DNA of 64,000 nt, from contig JAIPIA010000001.1 of NCBI GenBank assembly GCA_021734945.1, positions 180,415 through 244,414 on the forward strand, read 5' to 3'. Below the pieces are notes generated by a model. The model saw only the letters and a program-made list of their open reading frames with translations, did not search any database and was not told the origin of the DNA. The position numbers were made by a program, and so were the translations under genes. This DNA is from Minisyncoccota bacterium (lineage in GTDB: Bacteria; Patescibacteriota; Minisyncoccia; Phycocordibacterales; CAIZLB01). How positions within the stretch are numbered: position 1 is the first letter of the stretch; each line of letters begins with the position of its first letter. Shown one piece after another: positions 18,075 to 28,771 of the stretch.

Positions 18075-19449
18075 TGAGCTTTTGTAATGCTATATCGAGT
18101 CGGCGAATTGTCTCTTCTTTTCCAAATATTGATACAAGTGTGAATGGATCTGGAGATCTCTCTTTACCAGATAATGCCGTACGTAATGCCCAGAGTACAA
18201 TACCTCTACCCTGCTCTTCAGCGTATGGCCAGATAAATGCTTTTGCTGATTCAGGTGTAAATTCAGTTATTCCAGAAATAATCTCCTTCAACTTTTCATA
18301 TATAGGTGCGAGATCTTTTACAGTCATACTCTCCTTGCCCTTTCTTTGCTTCTCAGCACATAATAGTAAAGCAGGTTCATATGAAGGATCCATGAAGAAA
18401 TACTGAAGTTCGCCAGCTGTTTCCATGTCTCGAATGTCTCCAAACTTAACAATTCGTTCCTTTATAGTAGGTAAGATTGCGTCGATTCGCTTTTCAAATC
18501 CTGCTATATTTTTCAATTCATCAGACATATACGAAAGAACATGATTTTTAAAATCAACATCACTTAACAGTTTGATGTGTTCTTTGTTAAGCCAGTCGAG
18601 CTTCACGGGATTAAACACAGCACCACCTTTCTGAACTTTCTCTAGATCGAAAACCTGAATAAGTTCATCTAGAGTAAATATTTCTTTTTCAGTTCCGTCA
18701 TTGAAACCAATCATTGTAATAAAGTTTAATATAGCACCTGGTAGGTATCCTTGGTCTCTATAATAAGTTACTGCCTGAGCACCCTTTCTCTTTGAAAGTT
18801 TCGTTCTGTCTTCACTTAACACTAATGGAAGATGGGCATACGTTGGAACATTAAAATCGAGCGCTTCGTAAAGAAGAATGTGTCTCGGTGTATTTGAAAT
18901 ATGATCGTCTCCTCGAATAATGTGTGTAACTCCTTCATCTGCATCATCTACAACTACAGCAAGGTGAAATAACGGCTCGTTTAAGTTTTTTGCTATAACG
19001 AAATCTCCAAGATCTGTAGTGTCTATTTTAATCTCTCCGCGAATAGCGTCTACGAATGAAACAATTCTATTTGGATTTTTAAAACGAACAATTTCTTTGA
19101 TTACCCCTGAACCATCTTTAGCTTCCTCTTTTGAAATGTATGCTTTCCCATCAGAGATAAGTTTCTCAAGTATTTCCTTGTGCCTTGGGGCGTTCTCACT
19201 TTGTCGGTAAAATTTATCGTATGACATATTCAGCCATGAGAGACAGTCGATGATATTTTCTTCATATTCTTTCTTTGATCGCTCCTTATCTGTATCCTCA
19301 ATTCGTAAAATAAATTCTCCTCCGTGCTTTTTTGCAAATAGATATGAGAATACAGCTGTTCTATATGTACCAGAATGAAGAAAACCAGTCGGACTTGGTG
19401 CAAAGCGCGTTACTACTTTTTTCTGTTGTTCTGTTCTTTCTGTATTCAT
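18058..19449 (-). CDS. gltX: Glutamyl-tRNA synthetase
   Basis: 'RFAPSPTGFLHSG' (HIGH) and 'KLSKRKGA' (KMSKS). Confidence 0.9.
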   Translation of the reverse strand: MNTERTEQQKKVVTRFAPSPTGFLHSGTYRTAVFSYLFAKKHGGEFILRIEDTDKERSKKEYEENIIDCLSWLNMSYDKFYRQSENAPRHKEILEKLISDGKAYISKEEAKDGSGVIKEIVRFKNPNRIVSFVDAIRGEIKIDTTDLGDFVIAKNLNEPLFHLAVVVDDADEGVTHIIRGDDHISNTPRHILLYEALDFNVPTYAHLPLVLSEDRTKLSKRKGAQAVTYYRDQGYLPGAILNFITMIGFNDGTEKEIFTLDELIQVFDLEKVQKGGAVFNPVKLDWLNKEHIKLLSDVDFKNHVLSYMSDELKNIAGFEKRIDAILPTIKERIVKFGDIRDMETAGELQYFFMDPSYEPALLLCAEKQRKGKESMTVKDLAPIYEKLKEIISGITEFTPESAKAFIWPYAEEQGRGIVLWALRTALSGKERSPDPFTLVSIFGKEETIRRLDIALQKLNEINP

Positions 19450-19511
19450 ATTTTTACAATTTATTGATGAAATTTTTATCTAATTTGTGAGTGGTGAATT
19501 TTAGTCTTCCT

Positions 19512-20651
19512 CTATATTTCGTGCTTAAGTGCAATCTTTAATACTTCTTTTGCTATTAGGGTTGCTGAATCATCACGCGCAAATTTTTTCGCGCCCTGCT
19601 TCATTTTTTCACATGTTGCTGGATTATCAAGTATCCGTGTGAGTTCGTTAATAATAATTTCCGGACTTAAGTTTGCCTCCTCAATAATAATAGCACCTCC
19701 ATCTCGTGCGTAGTTGTAAGAATTTTTTCTCTGGTGATCTCCATTCGATGTGCTGATTGGAATCAAGATAGATGGAATTTGCCAAAGTGCAATTTCAAAA
19801 ATAGTTGACCCTCCTCGTGAAATAACGAGTGACGCAACCCCAGCTGACATTCGCATTGCAAGATTGTTCAGGTAGTCAAATGGATGATATCGACTGATGT
19901 GAGTATTACCTTCAAGTATCACGTTTGCAGTTGTTGAAACTTCTTGGAAGTTTCTTTTACCGGTTTGGTGAATGATTTGATATCGGTCTACAAGATTTGG
20001 TAAGGCACTTAAAATTGCATCATTTATAATCTGTGCGCCTTGTGAGCCCCCAAGTATAAGTATAACTGGCACATCAAGCTCTAGATTCAGATACTCGAAT
20101 GCTCCAGTACTGAGTGGTTGTCGAATTTCTTTTCGTACTGGATTTCCAGTATATGCAGTTTTATCTTTTGGAAAATATTCTATGGCTTCTTTGTATGAAA
20201 TAGCTACTCGCTGTGCGAATTTTCCTGCCCATGCATTTACTCTTCCTGGTACACTGTCGGATTCATGAATGATAACAGGAATACCAAGAATACGTGCAGC
20301 CATAAGGGCTGGAAAGCTTGTGTATCCTCCTTTAGCAAAAACAACATCTGGAAATAATGAATAAAGCTTAACAATAGCACTGAGTACTCCGAAGCCCATT
20401 TTGAAAAGGTCAAAGAAGTTTAAAATAGCTGAAGCTCCTGATGCACCAACTCTTCGCTTTCCTGCCATACATGGTATGAATGTAATTTCATTATCAAATA
20501 GTATTTTTGAATTGTAAGGATCTGGCGCCATAAAGAATAATTCAGGTGCTAGAATCTTTTCTTCAATACAAATTTTCCTGATTTCTTCAGCTACAGCAAT
20601 AAGTGGATAAAAATGTCCTCCTGTTCCCCCTCCTGTCATCAAAATCTTCAT
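19512..20651 (-). CDS. murG: UDP-GlcNAc:Lipid I GlcNAc transferase MurG
   Basis: 'MKILMTGGGTGGHFYPLIAVAEE' is the canonical MurG N-terminal G-loop. Confidence 0.9.
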   Translation of the reverse strand: MKILMTGGGTGGHFYPLIAVAEEIRKICIEEKILAPELFFMAPDPYNSKILFDNEITFIPCMAGKRRVGASGASAILNFFDLFKMGFGVLSAIVKLYSLFPDVVFAKGGYTSFPALMAARILGIPVIIHESDSVPGRVNAWAGKFAQRVAISYKEAIEYFPKDKTAYTGNPVRKEIRQPLSTGAFEYLNLELDVPVILILGGSQGAQIINDAILSALPNLVDRYQIIHQTGKRNFQEVSTTANVILEGNTHISRYHPFDYLNNLAMRMSAGVASLVISRGGSTIFEIALWQIPSILIPISTSNGDHQRKNSYNYARDGGAIIIEEANLSPEIIINELTRILDNPATCEKMKQGAKKFARDDSATLIAKEVLKIALKHEI

Positions 20652-20774
20652 ATGCTATTGAGTATAGCATGCTACATAATGTTTTTTAAGGGCTTATTTA
20701 TAATATATAAATTAGCTGTCACCAGTCAAAATTAGTAACTATTGAATAAAGAAAATAGTCTAATTAATAAAGTA

Positions 20775-21881
20775 CTAACTCTTCTTTTGATATTTAGAAA
20801 CATTCAAAACTATTCCTACGGATGAAAGTGCAAAAAACAGAGCTGTACCTCCATGAGAAATAAATAAGAGTGGCGTTCCAGAAAGTGGTGTAATGGCAAG
20901 CATGGCAGAGATATTGAGATACGACTGGATAATAATGAGTGTAATTATCCCAACTACAAGGTATGTTCCAAATAAATCCTGCGCGCGAACAGCAATACGA
21001 AAACCCTGAAGTGTAAAAATCAGATATAACAAAACAATAATGCAGGAGCCAACAAACCCAAACTCCTCTGCTGCAACTGCAAAGATAGAGTCACCGATAG
21101 GTTCAGGTAAAAAATTAAATTTCTGGATACTTTGCCCGAAGCCTCTGCCAAAAAGTCCGCCGGATCCTACAGCGATAAGCGACTGTTGAATCTGATACCC
21201 ACTACCTGTTGGATCTGCAGACGGATGTATGAAGGTCTGAATACGTTGCATCAGATACGGACGAACCATAACAAGCCCAGTAAGCATCAGCGCACCTATG
21301 AGTCCCATAATAATCATATCTCTCCATCTACCCCCTGCTGTTATAAAAATAGCTAGGCCGGCCGCACTAATAACCATAAATGTATCTGTGTCTGGTTGCG
21401 ATAGCACAAGCAACCCACTGATAGCTATAAAAATAAGAAAAGGTAATGTCCCAAGCTTGAATGTGGATGCTTTTTGTTTGATAGATGCAAACCACGCCGC
21501 AGCATACATGACAGCTGCAATTTTAAATATTTCAGCTGGTTGAAATGTCATATGTCCTATGCTTACCCATCGACACGCTCCTTTTGTACAAAAATTTAGG
21601 CCTGGTACAAATACTAGAATCATTAAAATACTAGAAATCACGAAAATATAAAATGCGTGCTTCCTCCAAATCTGATAGTTGATTCGCGAAAGTATAAAGG
21701 CAGATATAGTACCTCCAAGCAACCCAAACACGAGTTGATTGAATGTTACAGCCTGAAACTTTGCATTATTTGATGTTAGAAGTCCAAGTGATGCTGATGA
21801 GAAAATAGTTACTCCAAGTAATACAAGAATAGTGGTCAAAAATAAGAACGTTTTATCAACTTTTTTTGTACTACTCTTCAT
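20775..21881 (-). CDS. ftsW: SEDS-family peptidoglycan polymerase (FtsW/RodA)
   Basis: About 10 TM helices and conserved motifs such as 'QPSE'. Sits in the mur/ftsW/mraY context. Confidence 0.75.
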   Translation of the reverse strand: MKSSTKKVDKTFLFLTTILVLLGVTIFSSASLGLLTSNNAKFQAVTFNQLVFGLLGGTISAFILSRINYQIWRKHAFYIFVISSILMILVFVPGLNFCTKGACRWVSIGHMTFQPAEIFKIAAVMYAAAWFASIKQKASTFKLGTLPFLIFIAISGLLVLSQPDTDTFMVISAAGLAIFITAGGRWRDMIIMGLIGALMLTGLVMVRPYLMQRIQTFIHPSADPTGSGYQIQQSLIAVGSGGLFGRGFGQSIQKFNFLPEPIGDSIFAVAAEEFGFVGSCIIVLLYLIFTLQGFRIAVRAQDLFGTYLVVGIITLIIIQSYLNISAMLAITPLSGTPLLFISHGGTALFFALSSVGIVLNVSKYQKKS

Positions 21882-21944
21882 TTGATTTCTATTTTACACT
21901 ATTTATTGGAAACTGAAACAAAAAGTACGACACTACCTAAAAAA

Positions 21945-23003
21945 TTAACTCAATATCGAAAGTATTGCGCCAAGAATTGCTGTGATTATGGCAATAATCC
22001 AGTATCTCATTGTAACTTTGTATGACGGCCACCCAATTGCTTCGAAATGGTGATGAATTGGAGCTATACGAAACACTTTTCTCCCAAAATGTTTTTTTGA
22101 AAACATCTGGATACTTGATGATATGGATGTTGCAAATAAAGGAAAAGCGATAATTGGTAATAGCAGTACCTCACGCGTCAAAAACGCAACAATAGCAAGA
22201 CCAACTGTTAATCCAAGCATACCTGTTTCACCAAGATAAAATCGTGCAGGAGGAATATTGAACCAAAGAAATGCAAGTATACCTCCCATTACCACTGCAC
22301 AGAAAGCAGCAAGGTCAATCTGATTTTGAGAGAATGCAATAACCATATATCCAGCATATGCTGCTGCCATGACACCACCAGCGAGTCCGTCTATACCATC
22401 TATTACTGATCCAGAAAAAACTCCAAGTACAACAGCCATAAAGAATGGGATAAACCAAAGACCAAGATTTATATCGCCGTAGAATGGTACATGAATGTCG
22501 AGCACTTGAAGTTTAAAATAAAACCACCACGCTCCAAATGCACCTATAAGTAATACAATAAGTATACGAAGTTTTCTTGATATACCATCCGTCATCTTTA
22601 AATCAGCACCGTGAATTTGAAGAATATCATCTATTAGTCCAATAATCGATGCGAAAAGTAATGCGCCAAGTGGTAAAAGAGTTTGATTTCTACTTAAAAA
22701 ACTGAGTTTATCTGTTGTCTCATTTGGAAATATGAGAGCAATAGCATACAAAAGCGCTATTGTAATTATAATAGAAAACCAGACGATAACACCCCCAACT
22801 CTGGGTGTGCTTATCTCCCCTTTTTCATTGTGAACTTTTTGAAACTCAACAGACATCGCTTCTGTATTTACTTTACTTCTAGACTGTTTTCTCCAAAGTC
22901 TGTATTTGTACATTATATTTGTACAAGTTGGTGTAATTGCAATACCAACGAGGAAAGAGATAATTGCAGGTAAAAGTATTTTGATAGCGTTGAGAGTTGT
23001 CAT
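21945..23003 (-). CDS. mraY: Phospho-N-acetylmuramoyl-pentapeptide transferase MraY
   Basis: C-terminal 'RIAPIHHHFEAIGWPSYKVTMRYWII', with 'DDILQ' and 'DGIDGLAGG' motifs. Confidence 0.85.
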   Translation of the reverse strand: MTTLNAIKILLPAIISFLVGIAITPTCTNIMYKYRLWRKQSRSKVNTEAMSVEFQKVHNEKGEISTPRVGGVIVWFSIIITIALLYAIALIFPNETTDKLSFLSRNQTLLPLGALLFASIIGLIDDILQIHGADLKMTDGISRKLRILIVLLIGAFGAWWFYFKLQVLDIHVPFYGDINLGLWFIPFFMAVVLGVFSGSVIDGIDGLAGGVMAAAYAGYMVIAFSQNQIDLAAFCAVVMGGILAFLWFNIPPARFYLGETGMLGLTVGLAIVAFLTREVLLLPIIAFPLFATSISSSIQMFSKKHFGRKVFRIAPIHHHFEAIGWPSYKVTMRYWIIAIITAILGAILSILS

Positions 23004-23008
23004 GTTGT

Positions 23009-24133
23009 CTAACGAATATTAATAGTTGTTGTGGCTGTTGATTTTGCCAATGTTACAGTGTCTTGTAAATTAATAAGTTGAAGTGTTGTTGAAGCTAGTT
23101 TAGCAACATCATCAAATCTACTATCTATACTTGAACCTAGGACTACTATTACATATGGACGTGATGTAACATTTTTCTGCATAACTATTGCAAGATTTCC
23201 TCCAGCATTTTCGGTAAAACCAGTTTTACCGAAAACTATTGGAAAATCGCTCAAGATTTTATTTGTGTTTGCGATTATTGTAGTACCTTTTACATTTTTA
23301 GCTGTTTTAGGCGCACCAATTGTTAAACTCTCATGGTTAGTTATATCGAGGAGTCCAGGGTTTTGAGAGATCACAGTCCACATCAACTTCGCCATTTCAC
23401 GTGCTGTTGATACACCTGCTGCAATATCAAGCTGACCTTCTGTTGATGAGGTTGCAGATGTTTGAGGAATAATACTTACTTTTGTGCTTATAGTTGGAGT
23501 TTCCTCTGTTAATCCAGATGGATTTCTAAAATATGTTTGAGTTAATCCCATTTGCTTTGCATTGAAATTCATAAGTGAGATAAAACTACTTCGAGGGATG
23601 AGCTGTGAAGCAATTGTTTCAGCTGCCTTATTTGATGATCCAATAAGCATGATTTGCATAAGATTGTCTGGTAGCCATGTGCTGCCTGTTGGTAGTGAAA
23701 AGTCAGAAGCGGCCAGATCTTTCATCTTTGGGATTGTCAGCTTTTTTTCTACTAGTGATGGAACAGTTGCAAGCAGTTTTTCGGCAGTCGCTGCAGTCAT
23801 AATCTTGAGGAGTGATGCAGTAGGTCTCTGTATATCAGCATTTTTTTCGTACACAATTTGATTTGAAACTGGATCATAAATAAAAGCAGATTTTGCTTCG
23901 ATTTCTGGCCATGAAATAGATGCTACTGAAGATCCTACGATGTCTGTCTGGTTTGTCAGGTTGGCTTGATTTGGATATGAAATAACTGAATTTGTCATCA
24001 TTTGTGCTGAAGTTGATACAGGCACAGATGATGCGACTAACACGATGAGCGCGAAAAGAAATGGCGCGAGCATAGAACTTTGAGAGGGGTTTGTTGTAGT
24101 TGCTTTAGAATTTGAAATTGAAGTCTTTTTCAT
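23009..24133 (-). CDS. D-alanyl-D-alanine carboxypeptidase (S11, PBP5-like)
   Basis: SxxK 'TASLLKIM', SxN 'GSSN' and KTG 'KTGFT'. An N-terminal signal/TM segment. Confidence 0.8.
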   Translation of the reverse strand: MKKTSISNSKATTTNPSQSSMLAPFLFALIVLVASSVPVSTSAQMMTNSVISYPNQANLTNQTDIVGSSVASISWPEIEAKSAFIYDPVSNQIVYEKNADIQRPTASLLKIMTAATAEKLLATVPSLVEKKLTIPKMKDLAASDFSLPTGSTWLPDNLMQIMLIGSSNKAAETIASQLIPRSSFISLMNFNAKQMGLTQTYFRNPSGLTEETPTISTKVSIIPQTSATSSTEGQLDIAAGVSTAREMAKLMWTVISQNPGLLDITNHESLTIGAPKTAKNVKGTTIIANTNKILSDFPIVFGKTGFTENAGGNLAIVMQKNVTSRPYVIVVLGSSIDSRFDDVAKLASTTLQLINLQDTVTLAKSTATTTINIR

Positions 24134-24147
24134 AATTTTTCTATAAT

Positions 24148-24864
24148 TTATTTATTTTCTTCTAATAATTCGTCTGTGCGTATTTCTAACGCTGTGTCAG
24201 TCGTCAAATCGTCTTCTGATTCTGTAGAATCATTGACAGGGTCTTTAATCTTTTCTGTTTCGTCTGTTTGCCCTATTTTTTCACTCTGTTGATTTTCTGA
24301 TTCATTCTTCTCTTCGTTTTCTTGCTCATTTTTAAACTTTTCTAATTCCGCTTTTACAGCTTCAAAATTTGGTAAGTCACCTAGTTTATTTATTCCAAGA
24401 TATGAGAGAAGTTTAAATGAAGCTGTATAAATAGATGTTCTGTTGTCGTCTGGTGCAGGTTTCTTTTCAATAAGTCCTCGTATAAGAAGATTTCGTAATA
24501 TGAAAGTCGAATTCACTCCACGTACATAGTCTATCTCACTTCTTTTGATTGGTCCTCTATAAAGAATAATAGACAAAGTTTCAAGAGATGCTTTTCCGAG
24601 ATCACGGGCTAGTTCCTCCTTAGTCAATTTTTCAATAAGTACTGAAGCTTCTGCTGATGTACCAAGCATATATTCTTGATCTTCATTTGCTAAAAGTGTA
24701 ATGCCTCGCCCTTTTAGGTTCTCTGAAAGAGCCATCAACGCTTCATGAATTTGATCTTCAGTGACTTTTGCATCTGGTGTAGTGAGACTTTTTATAAGCT
24801 CTTTCAAGCTAATCGGTTCCCCTTTCCAGAATAGTAATGCTTCAATTGAGTGTTCTAAATTCAT
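24148..24864 (-). CDS. scpB: Segregation and condensation protein B
   Basis: Two winged-helix repeats, 'EALLFWKGEPISLKEL' and 'ILYRGPIKRSEIDYVRGV'. An acidic C-terminal tail. Confidence 0.85.
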   Translation of the reverse strand: MNLEHSIEALLFWKGEPISLKELIKSLTTPDAKVTEDQIHEALMALSENLKGRGITLLANEDQEYMLGTSAEASVLIEKLTKEELARDLGKASLETLSIILYRGPIKRSEIDYVRGVNSTFILRNLLIRGLIEKKPAPDDNRTSIYTASFKLLSYLGINKLGDLPNFEAVKAELEKFKNEQENEEKNESENQQSEKIGQTDETEKIKDPVNDSTESEDDLTTDTALEIRTDELLEENK

Positions 24865-24925
24865 GGCTTACATTTTAGCATATTTGTACAAAATTCCGTG
24901 AAATTCAACGAAATTTGCACTAGAT

Positions 24926-25744
24926 TTAATTATACCTCGGCACTCCAAGATTCTGACTCTCCATATGAATCTCATCAAAGAGTCCCTCTTGATGTGCATC
25001 AAGAACTCCTTGCTTTACAAGTTCGAGCATAGCCAAAAAACTCACGATGACATGTACTCGCTCTCCTTTATCAATTTTATCCTTTCCAGAAAATTCACGG
25101 AAACTCATACGGACCGCGCTTTGAATTCGCTTAGATAGATTAGTCATCATGTCTTCCAAACTCATTGTTTTCTTTATAGTAGCTTTTGGTCCTACTGGAG
25201 CTTTACGTGGGAGTGATGTGAGAACTCGACCAATCGCTTCTGCAATCTGTGGAAGTGTTGTGTCGTTTGTAGGCGCGAACAATTCTGGTATTTCTGATTT
25301 AAAATTTCCATCAAATCCTCCTCGTGGAAATATAAAGCGAGCGCCAAAAAGTTTTTGCACTGTTTCAGATGCACGTCTCATTATCTCAAGTTCTTTAAGT
25401 CGCTTTTCGAGATCTTTTATATCAGTATTTTCCTCTTCAGTAAGACTAAGTGTTGGTAGAAGTGATTTTGCTTTTACGAGTAGGAGTGTTGATGCAATAT
25501 ATATGAACTGAGTTCTGTCTCCGAGTGAATAATCCCCTAGTCTGTTTACATATTGAATATACTCGTCAGTAACTTTGGCGAGTGAAATGTCGTTGATAAA
25601 AAGCTTACGCTTCTCAATGAGAGTAAGGAGTAAATCAAGTGGTCCCTCAAATACTTCAGTTTTAATAGTGAAGATGTTTGAACCGTTGGGTGCAGGTTTT
25701 GGTAGGGTTTGGATATTTTCCTCAATTTGAGATTCTGCAGGCAT
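24926..25744 (-). CDS. scpA: Segregation and condensation protein A
   Basis: 'FEGPLDLLLTLIEKRKLFINDISLAKVTDEYIQY' is the ScpA N-terminal motif. Confidence 0.85.
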   Translation of the reverse strand: MPAESQIEENIQTLPKPAPNGSNIFTIKTEVFEGPLDLLLTLIEKRKLFINDISLAKVTDEYIQYVNRLGDYSLGDRTQFIYIASTLLLVKAKSLLPTLSLTEEENTDIKDLEKRLKELEIMRRASETVQKLFGARFIFPRGGFDGNFKSEIPELFAPTNDTTLPQIAEAIGRVLTSLPRKAPVGPKATIKKTMSLEDMMTNLSKRIQSAVRMSFREFSGKDKIDKGERVHVIVSFLAMLELVKQGVLDAHQEGLFDEIHMESQNLGVPRYN

Positions 25745-25942
25745 ATAGGTTCTATTGTACTACGTAGAACGCAGATTGTGGTCTGGATAAGAATATTGAC
25801 ATATGCGCTATATAATGTTACTATATACATAGACGTAAAAATTGACTGAGGTTCCTCAGTAAACAAAGGCAAGATACTCTCCTGTGTCTTGTAACAACCC
25901 GAACGGGTTCTATGGATAGATAACGTCAAACCATCCCTTTGT

Positions 25943-26269
25943 ATGAATGATTTAAGATACCGCTACCGCACATTTTTCTGCAATCACCATCGACAAATCA
26001 AGGCAGTTCCTGAATACTACGACCCCCAAACGGAAAATTGGTTTTCTTCTCCTCCGCTCAATGAGCTTCCGGGAATAATATCAAGCAATCCATTATCAAT
26101 CACTGAAAAAGTGATCGCTGAGTTGTGGAGGATGAGGATTTCTGCCTATGATGCTGGAACTGCAATCACCGTGCGAGCTAGTCGTGACGAATTACCTACT
26201 GTCTTACAAGTGCTGAGAGAAAGTACTGAAGGAACATGTATTGAGATTTTTCACGACACCGAGCGTTAA
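25943..26269 (+). CDS. Hypothetical protein
   Basis: An ORF with moderately elevated GC followed by a terminator. No recognisable motif. Confidence 0.3.
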   Translation: MNDLRYRYRTFFCNHHRQIKAVPEYYDPQTENWFSSPPLNELPGIISSNPLSITEKVIAELWRMRISAYDAGTAITVRASRDELPTVLQVLRESTEGTCIEIFHDTER

Positions 26270-26288
26270 CTCGTAAAAATTACAAAAA

Positions 26289-26327
26289 GCCGCTATTCTG
26301 ATTTAATACATTAGGTAGCGGTTTTTG
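26289..26327 (+). terminator. Rho-independent terminator
   Basis: CCGCTA...TAGCGG stem followed by TTTTT. Confidence 0.45.
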
Positions 26328-26352
26328 TATTGTATATATTATATTTATTTTC

Positions 26353-26871
26353 TCATTTTAATATTTTTCCCATCATCGTCCTATCAACATATTTATTATT
26401 AATAAAACCAGCATCTTTCTGAATGCCCTCAATTTCAAAACCAAGTCTTTCATACAATAGTTTTGCTCCGGTATTATTTTGCCAAACCCACAAGTGAATT
26501 TTGTGAATATTGTTTGCTTTTGCCCAAGTAATTCCTTTCTTCATTAGTTTGAGTCCAATACCTTTTCTCCAATATTTTTTAGAAACTGCAACAGTTATAG
26601 TTCTGACGTGCCTTACTCGTTCTGCTGTTTCACCTGATAGAGACATATATCCAACTGCTTGGTCATCAACATAAGCAAGAAAAATAATACCTCCTTGATT
26701 ATTGAGAATTCCGGTTAGTGCTTTCTTTTGCTCTTCAATATTTCCAACAGGACGTTCTCCTTTGGTCCAAGTCATACCACTACTTTCTCCGTCAGTTTTG
26801 GCACGAATTTTAATATAACCCTCAATCAGAGATTCATTAATCTTTTTTATTTTTAGATTAATATATTCCAT
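26353..26871 (-). CDS. GNAT family N-acetyltransferase
   Basis: Acetyl-CoA-binding 'WRKGIGLKLM' (Q/RxxGxG/A) and a 'NNIHKIHLWV...NTGAKLLYERLGF' fold. Confidence 0.75.
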   Translation of the reverse strand: MEYINLKIKKINESLIEGYIKIRAKTDGESSGMTWTKGERPVGNIEEQKKALTGILNNQGGIIFLAYVDDQAVGYMSLSGETAERVRHVRTITVAVSKKYWRKGIGLKLMKKGITWAKANNIHKIHLWVWQNNTGAKLLYERLGFEIEGIQKDAGFINNKYVDRTMMGKILK

Positions 26872-26893
26872 TGCTGGATAGTTAGACTAGTTT

Positions 26894-28396
26894 TTACTTC
26901 TTCCCAACAAACAATCCAAGTTCTCGTAGTTGTGTAGCAGAAATTTCACTTGGTGAATCCATCATTGGGTCCTTTCCTTCACCTGTCTTTGGAAATGCAA
27001 TAACTTCTCGGATGTTTGGCTCATTTTCAAGAATCATCATAAGTCGGTCAAAACCCCAGGCAATACCGCCGTGTGGAGGTGTTCCACTTCGAAGTGCGTG
27101 CAGCATATGTGAAAAATTTTTTTCAACAGTTTCAGTTGGGTAGCCCATGATTTCAAATACTTTCATGAGAGCATCGGCTTGGTGATTTCGTACACTTCCT
27201 CCTCCAATCTCGTATCCGTTGAGCACTATGTCATATTGTGCTGCAATTATAGTATTGAGGTCTGTATCAAATGCTTTTGAATTCATAAGCTTCTCAAAAT
27301 GATCAGCTCGTGTGCCTGAAAATGGGTTGTGTGTAAATGTCCATGCACTTGTACCTCCACCTTCACCGTTTTGTCCTACACCGTTTGCACCCTTTTCATT
27401 TTTCTCAAAGAATGGAAAATCAACAACCCAGCAGAATGCGAGTAAGTTTGGATCTTCTTTATTTTCTCGAATGTCAGGTCGGTCGATATTGTATTTTGCC
27501 ATTGATTCAGCATATGGGATTCGTGGAAATGGAATCTGCTGAATCTTTTTGTGAGGATAAAGTTTTGTAACAATATCAATAAGGAGTTGCTCAGTAATAG
27601 ACATGATATCTTCTTCTGTCGCGAAACTAAGTTCCATATCGAGCTGTGTGAACTCTGGCTGTCGGTCGCCTCGTGTATCTTCATCTCGCATACATTTTGC
27701 AAACTGGAAATATCGTTCAATACCAGCTGACATCAACATCTGCTTGTACTGCTGTGGTGACTGTGGAAGTGCATAGAAATGTCCTGGAGCGAGTCGTGAT
27801 GGTACAACATAGTCTCGAGCACCTTCAGGTGTAGATTTTGTAAGTATAGGTGTTTCAACTTCTGTAAAATCAAGGCCAGTTAAAAAGTTTCGTACATACT
27901 GAAGAATCTTCGCTCGGTTACGAATATTTTTCTGAAGTCTATCTCCTCGAAGATCAACGTATCGATACTTGAGTCGTACTTCTTCATTTACTTCTCGCGT
28001 ATCTGCGTGAATATCAAATGCAGGAGTTTCCGCTTCATTCAAAACTTTGATTGCAAGAATTTCAAGCTCAATATCGCCGTTTTGCTTATCGGCTTGGATG
28101 TTTCGTTCAGGTCGAGTATTTACCTTACCTTTTACTTCAACAACCCATTCAGGTCGAAGAGTAGAACCAACAGCATGTGCATCAGTGGCATTTGGTAAAA
28201 TCACACCCTGGATTCGCCCAGTCATATCTCTAAAATCAAGGAAAATGAGCTTCCCTTGGTCTCGTCGAACGTCAACCCAGCCTTTTATAGTAACTTCTTC
28301 TCCTTTATGAGCTTGTAAATCTTTGATGTAAATACGCGTATTTGTCATGGTTTTTATATCCGTTATAGTACTAACTAATTGGGTATTGGGCAACAT
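26894..28396 (-). CDS. aspS: Aspartyl-tRNA synthetase (short, probably non-discriminating type lacking the GAD insertion)
   Basis: N-terminal OB fold. Class II motif 2 'FYALPQSPQQYKQMLMSAGIERYFQFAKCMRDEDTRGDRQPEFTQLDMELSF' and motif 3 'GGIAWGFDRLMM'. 500 aa. Confidence 0.85.
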   Translation of the reverse strand: MLPNTQLVSTITDIKTMTNTRIYIKDLQAHKGEEVTIKGWVDVRRDQGKLIFLDFRDMTGRIQGVILPNATDAHAVGSTLRPEWVVEVKGKVNTRPERNIQADKQNGDIELEILAIKVLNEAETPAFDIHADTREVNEEVRLKYRYVDLRGDRLQKNIRNRAKILQYVRNFLTGLDFTEVETPILTKSTPEGARDYVVPSRLAPGHFYALPQSPQQYKQMLMSAGIERYFQFAKCMRDEDTRGDRQPEFTQLDMELSFATEEDIMSITEQLLIDIVTKLYPHKKIQQIPFPRIPYAESMAKYNIDRPDIRENKEDPNLLAFCWVVDFPFFEKNEKGANGVGQNGEGGGTSAWTFTHNPFSGTRADHFEKLMNSKAFDTDLNTIIAAQYDIVLNGYEIGGGSVRNHQADALMKVFEIMGYPTETVEKNFSHMLHALRSGTPPHGGIAWGFDRLMMILENEPNIREVIAFPKTGEGKDPMMDSPSEISATQLRELGLFVGKK

Positions 28397-28408
28397 TTAG
28401 CTTGTGGT

Positions 28409-28771
28409 TTAGTTTAGAATAAGCTTAACTTTTCGCATTACCTTTTTCAAATCTTCGAGGTCTAAGTTGTCTCTAATTTCAACATTCCTTTCTCTCCAAT
28501 CAATTGTTCTAAGTTGGTGTGTAATGACGGCACCGATTACACTAGGTGTCTTAAAAATTACTTCAAAAGGAAAGTTTTTGATTTTACTTGTGATTGGACA
28601 AATAACTATTAATCCTGTGAGTGCATTAAATTTTTCCTCAGAGATAACTACAGAAGGTCTAAAACCACCTTGTTCATGTCCTACTACAGGCGATAAACTA
28701 CAAAAAATAATATCTCCTTTTTTGGGTACTTTAGGTGAGCTTGAAGTATTACTAAGCATGGTATTCATCAA
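28409..28771 (-). CDS. mazF: MazF/PemK-family mRNA interferase toxin
   Basis: 'KGDIIFCSLSPVVGHEQGGFRPSVVIS...LIVICPITSK' is the canonical PemK/MazF core. Confidence 0.8.
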   Translation of the reverse strand: MMNTMLSNTSSSPKVPKKGDIIFCSLSPVVGHEQGGFRPSVVISEEKFNALTGLIVICPITSKIKNFPFEVIFKTPSVIGAVITHQLRTIDWRERNVEIRDNLDLEDLKKVMRKVKLILN